Counted from the first letter of the stretch, positions 50,002 to 60,917 are shown. The stretch: 64,000 nucleotides of DNA from a virus (IMGVR_UViG_3300027704_000021:3088-67087); one strand, 5' to 3'. Notes: generated by a model from the sequence alone, not told the origin. A program made the numbers and translations.

Positions 50002-50030
50002 ATTATACTACCTTTTAGGCTATTTGTCAA
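50002..50030 (-). promoter_or_regulatory. Consensus sigma70 promoter of the heptose operon (leaderless)
   Basis: Minus strand TTGACA (50030-25), 17 bp, TATAAT (50007-02), 6 nt before the hldE ATG. Confidence 0.85.
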
Positions 50031-50460
50031 GTAGATTTATTGTTTGAAAGACTGTTTCTAACTTATTAAGATTAACTCTACTTTGGAGGGTATTACGAAG
50101 TCCGTGATGCAAAGGCTTGGGCCATTTAGTAAAACTGCACCAAGCATAGCCGTCGTGTTCTCTATTTAGATTAGGGATAAATTCGTCTTCAACAACACAA
50201 AGGTATGTGTGAAAAGTAAACTTCTTATCGTTACTGAGGAAACTTTCTAAAGGAAGTGTCTTTTTTATATCTGGAAGTTGTCCAATTTCTTCTTCTATTT
50301 CTCGTTTAAGACCTTCCCATGGAGTTTCGGCACCTTCGTTTGTTCCGCCAACTAGGCCCCAAACATCAGACTTTTTGCCACTTGCTCGATGTAAAAATAA
50401 AAATCTATTTGTTTTTAGGGTGTAAAATAATGCACCACTACATACTATATTTGAACTCAT
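50020..50460 (-). CDS. NUDIX hydrolase
   Basis: Nudix box GGTNEGAETPWEGLKREIEEEIG. Confidence 0.9.
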   Translation of the reverse strand: MSSNIVCSGALFYTLKTNRFLFLHRASGKKSDVWGLVGGTNEGAETPWEGLKREIEEEIGQLPDIKKTLPLESFLSNDKKFTFHTYLCVVEDEFIPNLNREHDGYAWCSFTKWPKPLHHGLRNTLQSRVNLNKLETVFQTINLLDK

Positions 50461-50468
50461 ACATATAC

Positions 50469-51893
50469 TTACCCTGCGAGTTCAATCCTCCATGTCCCAA
50501 CTGGATAGTCTCCATCAATACTCAATAGCCATTCATTGTCTTTAAACCGGTATTGTGTTTGTGTGTGAAGATTAGTTATGTATGTAACTGTAGTAATTGT
50601 ATCTGCATCAAATATAATGTTCCATTTTGAGCCGTCCCATTCAACAATATCGTTTACATTAGCTACAAGTCCTGTGCCATCTGTATTAGCCCATGCACTA
50701 GCAACTACAGTTTGTCCAGCTAATCCAACATCGTCTAATAATAGCAACCTAACACCAGATACTTTAATTGATGTTGGATTATAATTAGTAGGATCAATTA
50801 TATAATCAACTGATGTACGTGATCCATTTGGACTAGTAATAATAGTGTCTGAAGGGAAACTATCAGTATCAAAGTCAATTAAAATCTTTCCTTCGTCTAA
50901 CGGATTAATTGCAAACGTACCAGTAGCAGTTGATGCATTATCGGTGCTAGTAAGATGTATTCTACTAACTCCTGCAGCATATATTCCAGGCAATGATGTG
51001 AATATACTTCTCCAATTCTTATTGCCTACTATACCGTTAGCAACAATTTGTGCCTCTCCTTGGTTTACATATACTTGCCATAGTGCAAAGTTAACGTTAG
51101 CTGAATGTCCACCAGCAGTTGATCCTGGTCTTGTTCCTCTTTCATCAGTTGTTGTTCCTGCACGAGCAGTATCGTCATATGCATTTAATTCAGGCTTACT
51201 TACGCCATCTTCAATAGTGCCTAATTGTTCGTCAAACATACTCGTAATAATATTTGTAATAACGCCCATCTTGCGTACTTTAGTCGGAGGACTAATATAA
51301 ATTGGTACACTAAAAGTTAGTGAAGCAATATCAATTTCGCTGTCAATCCCCACTGGTGTACTTCTGCTACTCCATTGTACACTTTCAAGATGTATAGCAG
51401 TTATGCTAGTCCAGTCAACAAAGTTATCTGTAGTTTGCATTTCTAAACTTGGATTAAACAGCACTAGTATTTGTTCTAATAACTGTAACTTTTGATCAGT
51501 GTTACTTGACCATATATCCGCATTTATCCTTAATATATACGGCGTAGGAATTAAGCGTTCTACAGTATAATTTTTACCTTCTTGATTAAGGTATTCTTTA
51601 GTATCTTCATCATATGCTCTTTCACGTATATTAACTTTTCTAGTATACGTAGCATCAGTTAGTCTATCTTTGTCTAACTCTAGCCCAGTAATATATACAG
51701 CAATCCTAGGAGCACTTGGCAACTTGTTTTCGGAGTTCTCTCTAATAATGTTAGCTACTTGCCTAGTTAAGTCACCGTACATAACCGGAACTTCTTTAGT
51801 TTGGCCGTCACCATCAATAACTGGAAAGTTACTAAGCACACGCATCATTTGTGTAGCATAGCGTCTAATCTGTCCATCATAAAAGTGTTGCAT
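50469..51893 (-). CDS. Tail sheath stabiliser / tail terminator (T4 gp15-like) with C-terminal extension
   Basis: HFYDGQIRRY, VPVMYG, P.PY.L, QLLEQILVLFNP; follows the neck gene. Confidence 0.75.
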   Translation of the reverse strand: MQHFYDGQIRRYATQMMRVLSNFPVIDGDGQTKEVPVMYGDLTRQVANIIRENSENKLPSAPRIAVYITGLELDKDRLTDATYTRKVNIRERAYDEDTKEYLNQEGKNYTVERLIPTPYILRINADIWSSNTDQKLQLLEQILVLFNPSLEMQTTDNFVDWTSITAIHLESVQWSSRSTPVGIDSEIDIASLTFSVPIYISPPTKVRKMGVITNIITSMFDEQLGTIEDGVSKPELNAYDDTARAGTTTDERGTRPGSTAGGHSANVNFALWQVYVNQGEAQIVANGIVGNKNWRSIFTSLPGIYAAGVSRIHLTSTDNASTATGTFAINPLDEGKILIDFDTDSFPSDTIITSPNGSRTSVDYIIDPTNYNPTSIKVSGVRLLLLDDVGLAGQTVVASAWANTDGTGLVANVNDIVEWDGSKWNIIFDADTITTVTYITNLHTQTQYRFKDNEWLLSIDGDYPVGTWRIELAG

Positions 51894-53053
51894 TAGTTAT
51901 CCTTCTTTGGTCTAAGTGCTTTCGATAGGCTTTGACGTTCTTCGACTACTGCACCGCCGATTGTGCTAGTTTTAGTGTTATTAATAAAGCTAGTTTTAGA
52001 AGTCTGTCTTTCTAATGTATTGCTTAGTGTCATTCTAACATCATCATTCTGTTTAACCCAACGTGTTCCGTCATATTTAAACATTCTATTTGGTAAAAAG
52101 TCTGTGCGTAAAAAGAAGTCGCCTTCTCGATTACTAAGTGGAAATGCTATTCCAAATCCAAATGGCGCACCGTTAGGAGCAGCATCACCAGTACCAACTA
52201 GGTACCCTGTATAACCTTCTCTATCAGGCCTGTCAGTTATTTCATCGGCAGTTGTGTTAATCATAGAAGCGTCTAGATCTGTTTCATCAGCTGTACGTAG
52301 TGCAACGCTACCATCTTCGTTTGTTGCTACTGTATAGTAGTGACTAATATCATATCCGCTTTTAGGTGCATCGGCTTCTGCTTGTGCAACTACTGCTCTG
52401 TTTATCTGCATTTCTTTTTCATATGTAGACAACACATCTCTTAGAGTATTGCTTGAATTTTCACTTGCAGGTAAATCTAATATTTCTTTGTATTCTTGTC
52501 CATCGTATATTTGCTTCAATTTTAAGCGATATAAGTGTGGATACCAAGTTTGACTAAATCCTTCTGCTGCACGATTAACATCTTCTACAACGTAAAATCG
52601 TTTAAGTGCAGTATCATAATCATTTAACGCATATTCGTCTGTAAGATGCGGCAGTTCGATAACATCACCAGCTATAACTTTTCGTCCTAATGTTTTCACA
52701 GAGCTGTTTATATGTATAGTCATAAACAGTGTATCATTACTTAGGAATAATCCAAACTGTGACAAGTCAAAATCAATATCTTGAACATTATATACTGCTC
52801 GCATGCTGTATACATCTGGATCATACTTCCTATCTCTATTCTCAAGGAATAGTAAGTCCTGTATGTTAGTTTCTTTTACTGCATCATACTGAGGTTGATC
52901 AGCGGTGGATTCACTAGTAGAAGGGTTTCGAGCACCTAGGTACTTGTGAATGTTAATATCAGTTCCGCCAACAGTAAACATCTCCTGGATTTGTCTATCT
53001 AGGAAATGATAATCGTTACCGCGTTCTGGTTTGTATAAACTTATTCTTGGCAT
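51893..53053 (-). CDS. Neck protein (T4 gp14-like)
   Basis: DLSQFGLFL..GDVIELP..W.PHLYRLKL; synteny with gp13/gp15-like genes; likely start MPRISLY at 53053 after a late promoter. Confidence 0.7.
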   Translation of the reverse strand: MPRISLYKPERGNDYHFLDRQIQEMFTVGGTDINIHKYLGARNPSTSESTADQPQYDAVKETNIQDLLFLENRDRKYDPDVYSMRAVYNVQDIDFDLSQFGLFLSNDTLFMTIHINSSVKTLGRKVIAGDVIELPHLTDEYALNDYDTALKRFYVVEDVNRAAEGFSQTWYPHLYRLKLKQIYDGQEYKEILDLPASENSSNTLRDVLSTYEKEMQINRAVVAQAEADAPKSGYDISHYYTVATNEDGSVALRTADETDLDASMINTTADEITDRPDREGYTGYLVGTGDAAPNGAPFGFGIAFPLSNREGDFFLRTDFLPNRMFKYDGTRWVKQNDDVRMTLSNTLERQTSKTSFINNTKTSTIGGAVVEERQSLSKALRPKKDN

Positions 53054-53097
53054 ATACATATTTATCGTTAAGATAAATACTATGTGGAGAGTAAAGA

Positions 53098-53890
53098 ATG
53101 ACAGAACTAGCAACAGTGAAACAAAACGTATACGACTATGTAAATGTATCTCTCGGCGGAGGAATGATTGACGTTGAACTTGATCCTATACACTACGAAA
53201 CAGCTTTAAATAAAGCGTTAGGTAGATTTAGGCAGAGAAGTGATAATTCAGTTGAAGAATCGTATTTGTTTCTAACAACAGTAACTGATCAAAACGAATA
53301 TGTATTACCTAGCAATGTTATCGAAGTTAGAAAGATATATAGACGTTCAATTGGTTCGCGTACAGGCGGTGGTGACGGCGGTTCATTGTTTGAACCATTT
53401 AACATGGCTTATACTAACACTTACTTACTATCAGGTTCTAAAATGGGCGGCTTGGCAACATACGATATGTTTGCACAACACCAAGAACTTGTAGGTAGAA
53501 TGTTTGGTAGCTTTATTGAATTTAAATGGAATACTACTAGTAAAAAACTTACACTTCTACAGCGTCCAGGTGCAGAAGAAAATTTACTGCTATATGCATA
53601 CAACTGCAGAAGAAAATTTACTGCTATATGCATACAACTATCGTCCAGATAGTGAGCTACTAGCAGATTACCTTGCCCAACAGTGGATCAAAGATTATAC
53701 ATTAGCAGTGTGTAAAACAATGTTAGGCGAAGCACGTTCAAAGTTTGCTACTATTGCAGGACCCGGCGGAGGAAGCACTCTTAATGGCGATGCATTGAAG
53801 CAAGAAGGACAAGCAGAGATTGAAAAGTTGGACAACGAAATCCAAATGAGTATTAGTGGCGGCGTAGGCTACGGCTTTACAATCGGCTAA
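53098..53890 (+). CDS. Neck protein (T4 gp13-like); split by a 34-bp duplication
   Basis: LGGGMIDVEL..WIKDYTLA..K..LG..RSKF..I.GPGG..TLNG..L..EG..EI; 53571-53604 = 53605-53638 causes the frameshift. Confidence 0.8.
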
Positions 53891-53898
53891 AAAAACAC

Positions 53899-53927
53899 TT
53901 GACAATTCACTAAAACCCCTGTATACT
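53899..53927 (+). promoter_or_regulatory. Sigma70-type early promoter for dNMP kinase
   Basis: TTGACA (53899-904), 17 bp, TATACT (53922-27). Confidence 0.85.
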
Positions 53928-53958
53928 ATATAGATACTACACACTTAGGAGACTTAGT

Positions 53959-54609
53959 ATGATTATCGGTATCTGCGGATTAATCGGTTCAGGTAAAGGA
54001 ACAGTAGGCGACCACCTTGTAAACGAGTTTGGATTCAAAAAAATATCTTTTGCTGACAAACTTAAAGATGCAGTGTCTGAGCTGTTTGGATGGGATCGTG
54101 CGTTATTAGAAGGCGACACTACAGAGTCAAGGCATTGGCGAGAACAGCAAGATAACTTTTGGACAAATGAGACTGGCAGAGTAATTACTCCTAGGCTTGT
54201 ATTACAAGAGTTTGGTACAGATTGTATGCGTAATGGATTTTACGATGGCATTTGGGTTAGTATGGTAAAACAAACTATACTAGATAATCCTAATACTGAA
54301 TACGTTGTTCCTGACGTAAGATTCCGCAATGAACAAAATGTTATTAGAGAATTAGGTGGTCAAATTTGGCAAACTAAACGCGGTGATGATCCTGAGTGGT
54401 TTGGACAAGCAATACTTGACAATGACACTGGTAGCAAGTTAATGGCATCATATGATGTACATGCTAGTGAATATAAATGGGTAGATTCTAACAATAAGTT
54501 TGATTCAATACTATACAATAATGGAACTATTGAAGGTCTTAGAAATCAGGTCGAAGATCACCTTGTTTCCAACGCACCCCTTCCTTCTGAACTATACGTT
54601 GACAGTTAG
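53959..54609 (+). CDS. gp1: Deoxynucleoside monophosphate kinase (T4 gp1-like)
   Basis: IIGICGLIGSGKGTV P-loop, SFADKLKD, TPRLVLQEFGTD, DVRFRNE, HASE. Confidence 0.9.
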   Translation: MIIGICGLIGSGKGTVGDHLVNEFGFKKISFADKLKDAVSELFGWDRALLEGDTTESRHWREQQDNFWTNETGRVITPRLVLQEFGTDCMRNGFYDGIWVSMVKQTILDNPNTEYVVPDVRFRNEQNVIRELGGQIWQTKRGDDPEWFGQAILDNDTGSKLMASYDVHASEYKWVDSNNKFDSILYNNGTIEGLRNQVEDHLVSNAPLPSELYVDS

Positions 54610-54874
54610 CACAAATTGTTTTTAAATTTGTAGGACGAACATTATTTAAATCACCGTCTACATGGAATACATTAAACTGTTCTAAATGTTTACTAGTGTA
54701 ATTACACTTTTCGCAAACATTTCCCATTACATATCCAAACTGCTTCCATTTAGGAACTCCGTGTCCAGCACCATGCCGTAAACATTTCTCACATAACTTC
54801 CTATAGTAAGGCTTGTTGTTTTTGTAGTAATTAATGGCGGCCGGTCGTAGCCCACATTGGCATAAAGGTCTCAT
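54539..54874 (-). CDS. Small Zn-binding HNH-like endonuclease
   Basis: CxC and CxxC pairs; HVDGDLNNVRPTNLKTICANC. Confidence 0.75.
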   Translation of the reverse strand: MRPLCQCGLRPAAINYYKNNKPYYRKLCEKCLRHGAGHGVPKWKQFGYVMGNVCEKCNYTSKHLEQFNVFHVDGDLNNVRPTNLKTICANCQRIVQKEGVRWKQGDLRPDF

Positions 54875-54988
54875 ATTGTATTTAGCTCACCTTTTATACC
54901 CCTTTGTTTAAGCAAAATATACGGTGTTTTTAAGATGTTTATATAAATACAAGTAGAGAACAAATTTATATCCAACAGGAGAGATAAC

Positions 54989-57900
54989 ATGGCATTAAGT
55001 TCACCAGGCGTACAGGTTTCCGTAATTGACGAATCCTTTTACACCCCAGCAGCAGCTGGCACAGTACCAATGATTTTTGTTGCTACTGCTTCCAATAAAA
55101 CAAGTAGTTCAGGAGTAGGTACCGGAGTAGGTACACTAGCAGCAAACGCAGGAAAACCTTATTTAATTACTAGCCAACGCGAGCTAGGTGAAACATTTGG
55201 CGACCCACTATTTTATTCCGATGCAAACGGCAATATGATACACGGCGGCGAGCTTAACGAATATGGTCTACAAACAGCTTACTCATTACTAGGCGTAACT
55301 AACAGAGCTTACGTAGTAAGAGCAGAATTAGATCTAAGCAAATTAACAGCAAGTGCTGTTGCACCAGGTGGCGAGCCTGCAAATGGAGCATATTGGTTTG
55401 ATACACTTAATACTAAATTTGGTATATTAGAGTGGAATTCAGCTGCAATTTCAGTAACAGGTGGACAAAGCTTTGCTTCAAAAACTCCTATAGTAGTTAC
55501 AAAAGCAACAGATATTGATGCAGGCACATCGGCTCCAAAGACTTCTATTGGTGCTATTGGCGACTATGCAGTTGCAACTACAACTACAACAAGCAGATTT
55601 TGGTTAAAGTCAAAAGGTAATACAGCGGCAGGCGTAACAGCAGGCGAATGGGTTGAAGTTGGATCAACTGATTGGAAAGCTAGCAATCCGTCAATTACAA
55701 GCACAATTGCTAATCCTACATTAGGCAACGGCGATACTATTTCAATTAACTCAAGCACAGTTACACTAGCTGGAACAACAGTTACTAGTTTAGCAGCTGA
55801 TATTAACACAGCGGCAATTAGTGGTATTAGTGCAGCAGCAGTAGATGGTGTTATTGAAATTTACTCAACAGGCGTAGACATTGTACTTGCTAACGGCTCA
55901 GGAACAATTCTTACAGCGGGCGGACTTACAGCGGCAACATACGAAGCTCCAAAGCTTACTATTGCACCGCATACAAGTGTACCACAGTATAAGAGCACTG
56001 ATACAGAACCAGCACCAACAGGCAGTATTTGGATTAAAACAACTTTACAGCGGCAACATACGAAGCTCCAAAGCTTACTATTGCACCGCATACAAGTGTA
56101 CCACAGTATAAGAGCACTGATACAGAACCAGCACCAACAGGCAGTATTTGGATTAAAACAACTACTCCAAACGGTGGTGCTAACTATAAAGTTAAAAAGT
56201 ATGCAACTGCTACAAAGCTTTGGTCTACAATGATTTCTCCAGTTTATTCCACAGGACAAGCAGCAATATTTGCACTTGATAAAACTGGCGGTGGCAAGAA
56301 CCTTTCTTTAGGTGATGTTTATGTAAACACTAACGTTGAAGAAGTTACACCAATTATTGCTAACTCTAAGCTTTATGTTAGAGCAGCAACAGCAGCAACA
56401 AAAATTGTTGGTTCAATAATTACAACTCAGTTGACAGCAGCTACTAGAACGTTTACTTTGCAAGAGTCAAAGACAGCTACACTAGCATTAGATACTGCAA
56501 AAACTATTTCAGTAACTACAACAGGCGCTTCGAGTGATGCAAAAGACAGCTACACTAGCATTAGATACTGCAAAAACTATTTCAGTAACTACAACAGGCG
56601 CTTCGAGTGATGCAGATGTATTAGCGGCACAGATTAATGCGGCAGGCTTTACAAACGTTACAGCAATTGTTGATGCAAGTAACAAAGTTCAAATTTCCCA
56701 CAAAACAGGTGGTGAGATTCGTATTAAAGACACAGGTAGCTTGCTTGCATTAGCTGGCTTTGGTGCTTATAACTTTGTAACAGGCGCAGGAACAGCTCAC
56801 TTGTACACAGCACCAACAGGTGATAGTAGTAGTGATTGGGTTGCTTCAAACTGGAAAGAGCTAACTTATACAGCATCAAACACTGGACCAACTAGCTTAA
56901 CTGAAAACGGTACATTATGGTACAGCTCAGTAGTAGACGAAGTAGATCTTATGATCCACAATGGTACTACTTGGGTAGGATACCACAACTACACAGCAGC
57001 ATATGCAAACTGCGACCCACTAGGTCCTATTGTTGCAGCTACTGAGCCAACTGTACAGTCAGACTTAACTGCACTAGTAGATGGTGATCTTTGGATTAGC
57101 ACAGCAAACGTTGAAAACTATCCAGGCATTTATAGATTTAACGGTGTAACATCTAAGTTTGTACTACTTGATAAAGCAGACCAAACTACAGAAAATGGTG
57201 TACTATTTGCAGACGCAAGACAAGGTGCAACAGGTGGTTCAACATTAGCTGCGCCGTCAAGCACAATTACTGCTTTGCTTACAAGTAACTTCTTAGACCC
57301 AGATGCTCCAGATCCAGCACTATACCCACAAGGTATGTTGCTTTGGAACTTACGCAGAAGCGGATTTAACGTTAAGAAATTTGTAAAACAGAGCGTTAAT
57401 GTTAACTTGCTTAATGGCAGAATGTCAGATGCATCAATGGCAGCTTATTACCCACATCGTTGGGTTACTGATTCAGGCAATGCAGAAGACGGTTCAGGAA
57501 CATTTGGACGTCATGCACAGCGTAAGTCAGTTGTACAATCATTGCAAGCACTTGTTAATAGCAACCAAGACATTCGTGACGAAGAGTCACGTCAGTTTAA
57601 CTTAATGGCGTGTCCAGGTTATCCAGAACTAATTGGTGAAATGATTACACTTAACACTGACAGACGCTTAACAGCATTTGTTGTAGGTGACACACCAGCA
57701 AGACTAACACCAGATGCAACTTCACTTAATGAGTGGGCTACAAACACTAAGCTTGCACTAGAAGATAATGATAACGGTGCAGTAAGCTACGATGAGTACA
57801 TGGGTATGTATTATCCATGGGGTTTCACTAGTGATAACAGTGGTAACAATATTGTTGTTCCACCAAGTCATATGGCACTACGTACAATAGTACTAAACGA

Positions 57901-58450
57901 CCAAGTTGCTTTCCCCTGGTTTGCTCCAGCAGGAACACGACGCGGTGGTGTAAGTAATGCTACAAGTTCAGGTTACATTACTAGTGAAGGTGAATTTAAA
58001 TCAGTTGCACTAAACACTGGACAGCGTGATACACTTTATACAAATAAAATTAACCCAATTACGTTCTTAAGCGGCGCTGGATTAGTAGTATTTGGACAAA
58101 AAACTCGTGCAAGAAACGCAAGTGCATTGGATAGAGTTAACGTAGCACGTCTAGTTGTTTACTTACGTGGACAGTTAGAACTATTAGCGAAGCCTTACTT
58201 GTTTGAGCCAAATGATAAGATCACACGTGATCAGATTAAAGCGGCAGCAGATCAATTAATGTTAGAGTTAGTAAGCTTACGAGCACTATATGACTTTGTT
58301 GCAGTGTGTGACGAAAGTAACAACACACCAGCAAGAATTGATAGAAACGAGTTATACTTAGATATAGCTATTGAGCCAGTCAAAGCAATTGAATTTATTT
58401 ACATACCGCTAAGACTTAAGAACACAGGCGAAATTGCAGCACTAGGTTAA
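54989..58450 (+). CDS. gp18: Tail sheath protein (T4 gp18-like), about 1089 aa after removing two duplications
   Basis: N-terminal LSSPGVQVSVIDES; C-terminal PWFAPAGTRRG, GQKT..SALDRVNVARL, FEPND, CDESNNTP; 119-bp and 73-bp duplications split it into three ORFs that fuse in frame. Confidence 0.9.
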
Positions 58451-58462
58451 TATACGCAGTTA

Positions 58463-58488
58463 ATGAGGGGTTGAAAAATACCCCTCAT
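58463..58488 (+). other. Hairpin between sheath and tube genes, without a U-tract
   Basis: ATGAGGGGT-loop-ACCCCTCAT, followed by TATAAATA at 58494. Confidence 0.6.
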
Positions 58489-58523
58489 AAACGTATAAAT
58501 AATAGTAACAGGAGAATAGACAG

Positions 58524-59162
58524 ATGCCAATCACAACTTTACAAAACATTTCGATACCAACGGAAGGCGCAAATAGTAACTCATCATTATTGATGCCTAA
58601 GTTACAATATCGCTTCAGGGTATTTTTAGACAACTTCGGCACAACTGGCGGACCAGATGGTGTTAGAGAAATTTCAAGACAGGTACAAGATGTTACACGC
58701 CCAAACGTTACGTTTGAGCAAATGACAATTGACTCGTATAACTCAAGAGCATACCTTGCAGGTAAGCACACTTGGGAACCAGTTACAATCACATTGCGTG
58801 AAGATGCTAACAACAACGTACAAAAAATTGTTGGACAACAGTTACAAAGACAGTTTGACTTCTTTGAACAGTCCAGTGCAGTTTCAAGTGGCAGTTACAA
58901 ATTCCAAACTAGAATTGAAATTCTAGATGGTGGCAACGGTGCTAATGGCGCTAACGTAATTGATAGATTCCACTTAGTAGGTTGCTACATTGAATCAGCA
59001 AACTATAATACATTAGCATATGCAACTAACGAAGCAGTTACTACTTCATTAACTATTCGTTATGACAATGCTATCCAGTTTGGTGCAGATGAAGATGTTA
59101 ACGGCATTGGTGAAACAACTAGCAGAACTAATGCTGCATCACCAGGCGGAACACAAATTTAA
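58524..59162 (+). CDS. gp19: Tail tube protein (T4 gp19-like)
   Basis: PKLQYRFRV, AGKHTWEPVTITLRED, LTIRYDNA; follows the sheath gene. Confidence 0.85.
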   Translation: MPITTLQNISIPTEGANSNSSLLMPKLQYRFRVFLDNFGTTGGPDGVREISRQVQDVTRPNVTFEQMTIDSYNSRAYLAGKHTWEPVTITLREDANNNVQKIVGQQLQRQFDFFEQSSAVSSGSYKFQTRIEILDGGNGANGANVIDRFHLVGCYIESANYNTLAYATNEAVTTSLTIRYDNAIQFGADEDVNGIGETTSRTNAASPGGTQI

Positions 59163-59191
59163 GTTAACGCTTAACTGATTGGCTTATTAAC

Positions 59192-59226
59192 AGCGAGGGT
59201 AGCTTAATTGTTACTCTCGCTTTTTT
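59192..59226 (+). terminator. Rho-independent terminator
   Basis: GCGAGGGTAGC-loop-GTTACTCTCGC plus T-run. Confidence 0.88.
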
Positions 59227-59261
59227 ATCTATGTACTTAACTCTATAGGATAAATATTAGT

Positions 59262-60536
59262 ATGAGCTTACAAGATCCATACCTAATTAATACTGACATG
59301 GATGTGCATTTAAGAGATGCACGACATGCACACCAGTTGTATACCCAACACAACTTTGCGTTAGCACCTAAAACAAAATTTCTATTTCATGTAGTGTTTG
59401 ATCTCTATGATGAAGTAGGTGATCAAACAACGAGTAATACTGCAAAGTTTAGAAAAGAAATTGGCGTATTAGCTAAATCAGCATCACTACCAAACTATCG
59501 AGTATCTGTTGAAAACAAACAACAATACAATCGTAAGAAAAATATACAAACTAGAATAGATTACAGTGATTGTACACTTACTTTTCATGATGATAACTTA
59601 GGACTTACTAGAGGGTTATTAGAAGACTATTACAAATATTATTTTGTAGATGGCAATCATTCAGACGAATCAGGAGTAAGCTCCGGAGCTCCAGCATATC
59701 AAGCACGTGACAAGTATAAATCTGCTGTACCAAGTTACGGTTTAAATAACGGAAAAACTAATCCTTTCTTTAAATCTATTAGAATTTATCAATTAGCTAG
59801 ACGAGAGTGGTTTGCATATACATTAGTTAATCCATTAGTATCAGCATTTGATCACGGAGATGTTGATGCTACAACTGGCGGAGATTTTAATTCAAATACT
59901 ATGACTATTGCGTATGAGAGCGTTATTTACTCTAATGGTAAAGTTAAAGGTGCAGCTAAACCTACTGGATTTACTGACGAAGAAACAGCATACGATAATC
60001 ATCCAAGTGCATTAACGTATAATGATCCTGCAATGGAATACAAATACGGTGCTGCTGATCCTGTATTACTTGGTAACCGTCAACGAAATCGATTTAATCC
60101 TGTACAACCTAGATCTAGTAATAATAACTCTAAAAGAGATAGTATATTTGGTAATATTTCAGGTGGTAACATTTTAGGCGCAGGATTAAGAGATTTAAAT
60201 AATTCAAACACGCCGGGCGGACTACGTGGCGTTAACATACCAAGGTCTAACTCAACTACTTCGTCTCAGTTAGTATCAGGCCAAGGACGAGTATTAGATG
60301 GCGACACTATAGTAAATGGATTATCAAACAATCCTTCTGCTAAAGCAAGCTTCGTTGCTAGAGCATTAAATAGCAATGCACAGCAAGGCGAATCATTAGC
60401 ATCATACAACTCAGCATCTGCTACTAAGCAAGCAGCAATTGAAACAAGTTTAATTAATAAAGCAGCAAGCGGCGACAGAAAACTAGCAGGTCAAGCTACT
60501 GATGCTATAGACGCATTTAAAGGAAGAATAATATAA
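59262..60536 (+). CDS. Tube-like baseplate/tail tube initiator (gp54/gp48-like)
   Basis: KSASLP..QYNRK..Y..CTLTFHDD..LVNP..MTIAYE tube-fold motifs. Confidence 0.6.
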   Translation: MSLQDPYLINTDMDVHLRDARHAHQLYTQHNFALAPKTKFLFHVVFDLYDEVGDQTTSNTAKFRKEIGVLAKSASLPNYRVSVENKQQYNRKKNIQTRIDYSDCTLTFHDDNLGLTRGLLEDYYKYYFVDGNHSDESGVSSGAPAYQARDKYKSAVPSYGLNNGKTNPFFKSIRIYQLARREWFAYTLVNPLVSAFDHGDVDATTGGDFNSNTMTIAYESVIYSNGKVKGAAKPTGFTDEETAYDNHPSALTYNDPAMEYKYGAADPVLLGNRQRNRFNPVQPRSSNNNSKRDSIFGNISGGNILGAGLRDLNNSNTPGGLRGVNIPRSNSTTSSQLVSGQGRVLDGDTIVNGLSNNPSAKASFVARALNSNAQQGESLASYNSASATKQAAIETSLINKAASGDRKLAGQATDAIDAFKGRII

Positions 60537-60916
60537 TGGCAAGTTCAGATAAAGCAACCAGTGCAGGCGCATTCAATAAAAATGATTCCGAATCAACCAA
60601 AAAATATTTTAATAATTATTATGATGCCGAGCTTAATTTTACTCCTAGTGAAGTTGATGCAGTAATTGGTTATTTTCTTAAAAGAGGATTCGACCAAGTT
60701 GCAGCAGTTAATACTGCTAGTGTACTATTACAGCAAGCAGACTATGACGAAGTACCAGTATTCCAATTAATTGATACTCTTAAAGGAACTACAGATGTAC
60801 AATTAAGTAATATTGTAGCACAAATCTTAAACCTAAATAGAAGTAAGACTAGCATGTTAGGATTTAAAGCAACTTATACAAGTGAGTTATTTGATCAGCG
60901 TAATGTAATAAACTAA
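60536..60916 (+). CDS. Hypothetical protein
   Basis: 126-aa ORF coupled to both neighbours. Confidence 0.7.
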   Translation: MASSDKATSAGAFNKNDSESTKKYFNNYYDAELNFTPSEVDAVIGYFLKRGFDQVAAVNTASVLLQQADYDEVPVFQLIDTLKGTTDVQLSNIVAQILNLNRSKTSMLGFKATYTSELFDQRNVIN

Positions 60917-60917
60917 C

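Noticed and set aside
53571-56614. Programmed frameshifts or introns in the neck and sheath genes
   Set aside because: Each break is fully explained by a perfect tandem duplication; no slippery site or intron structure is needed.
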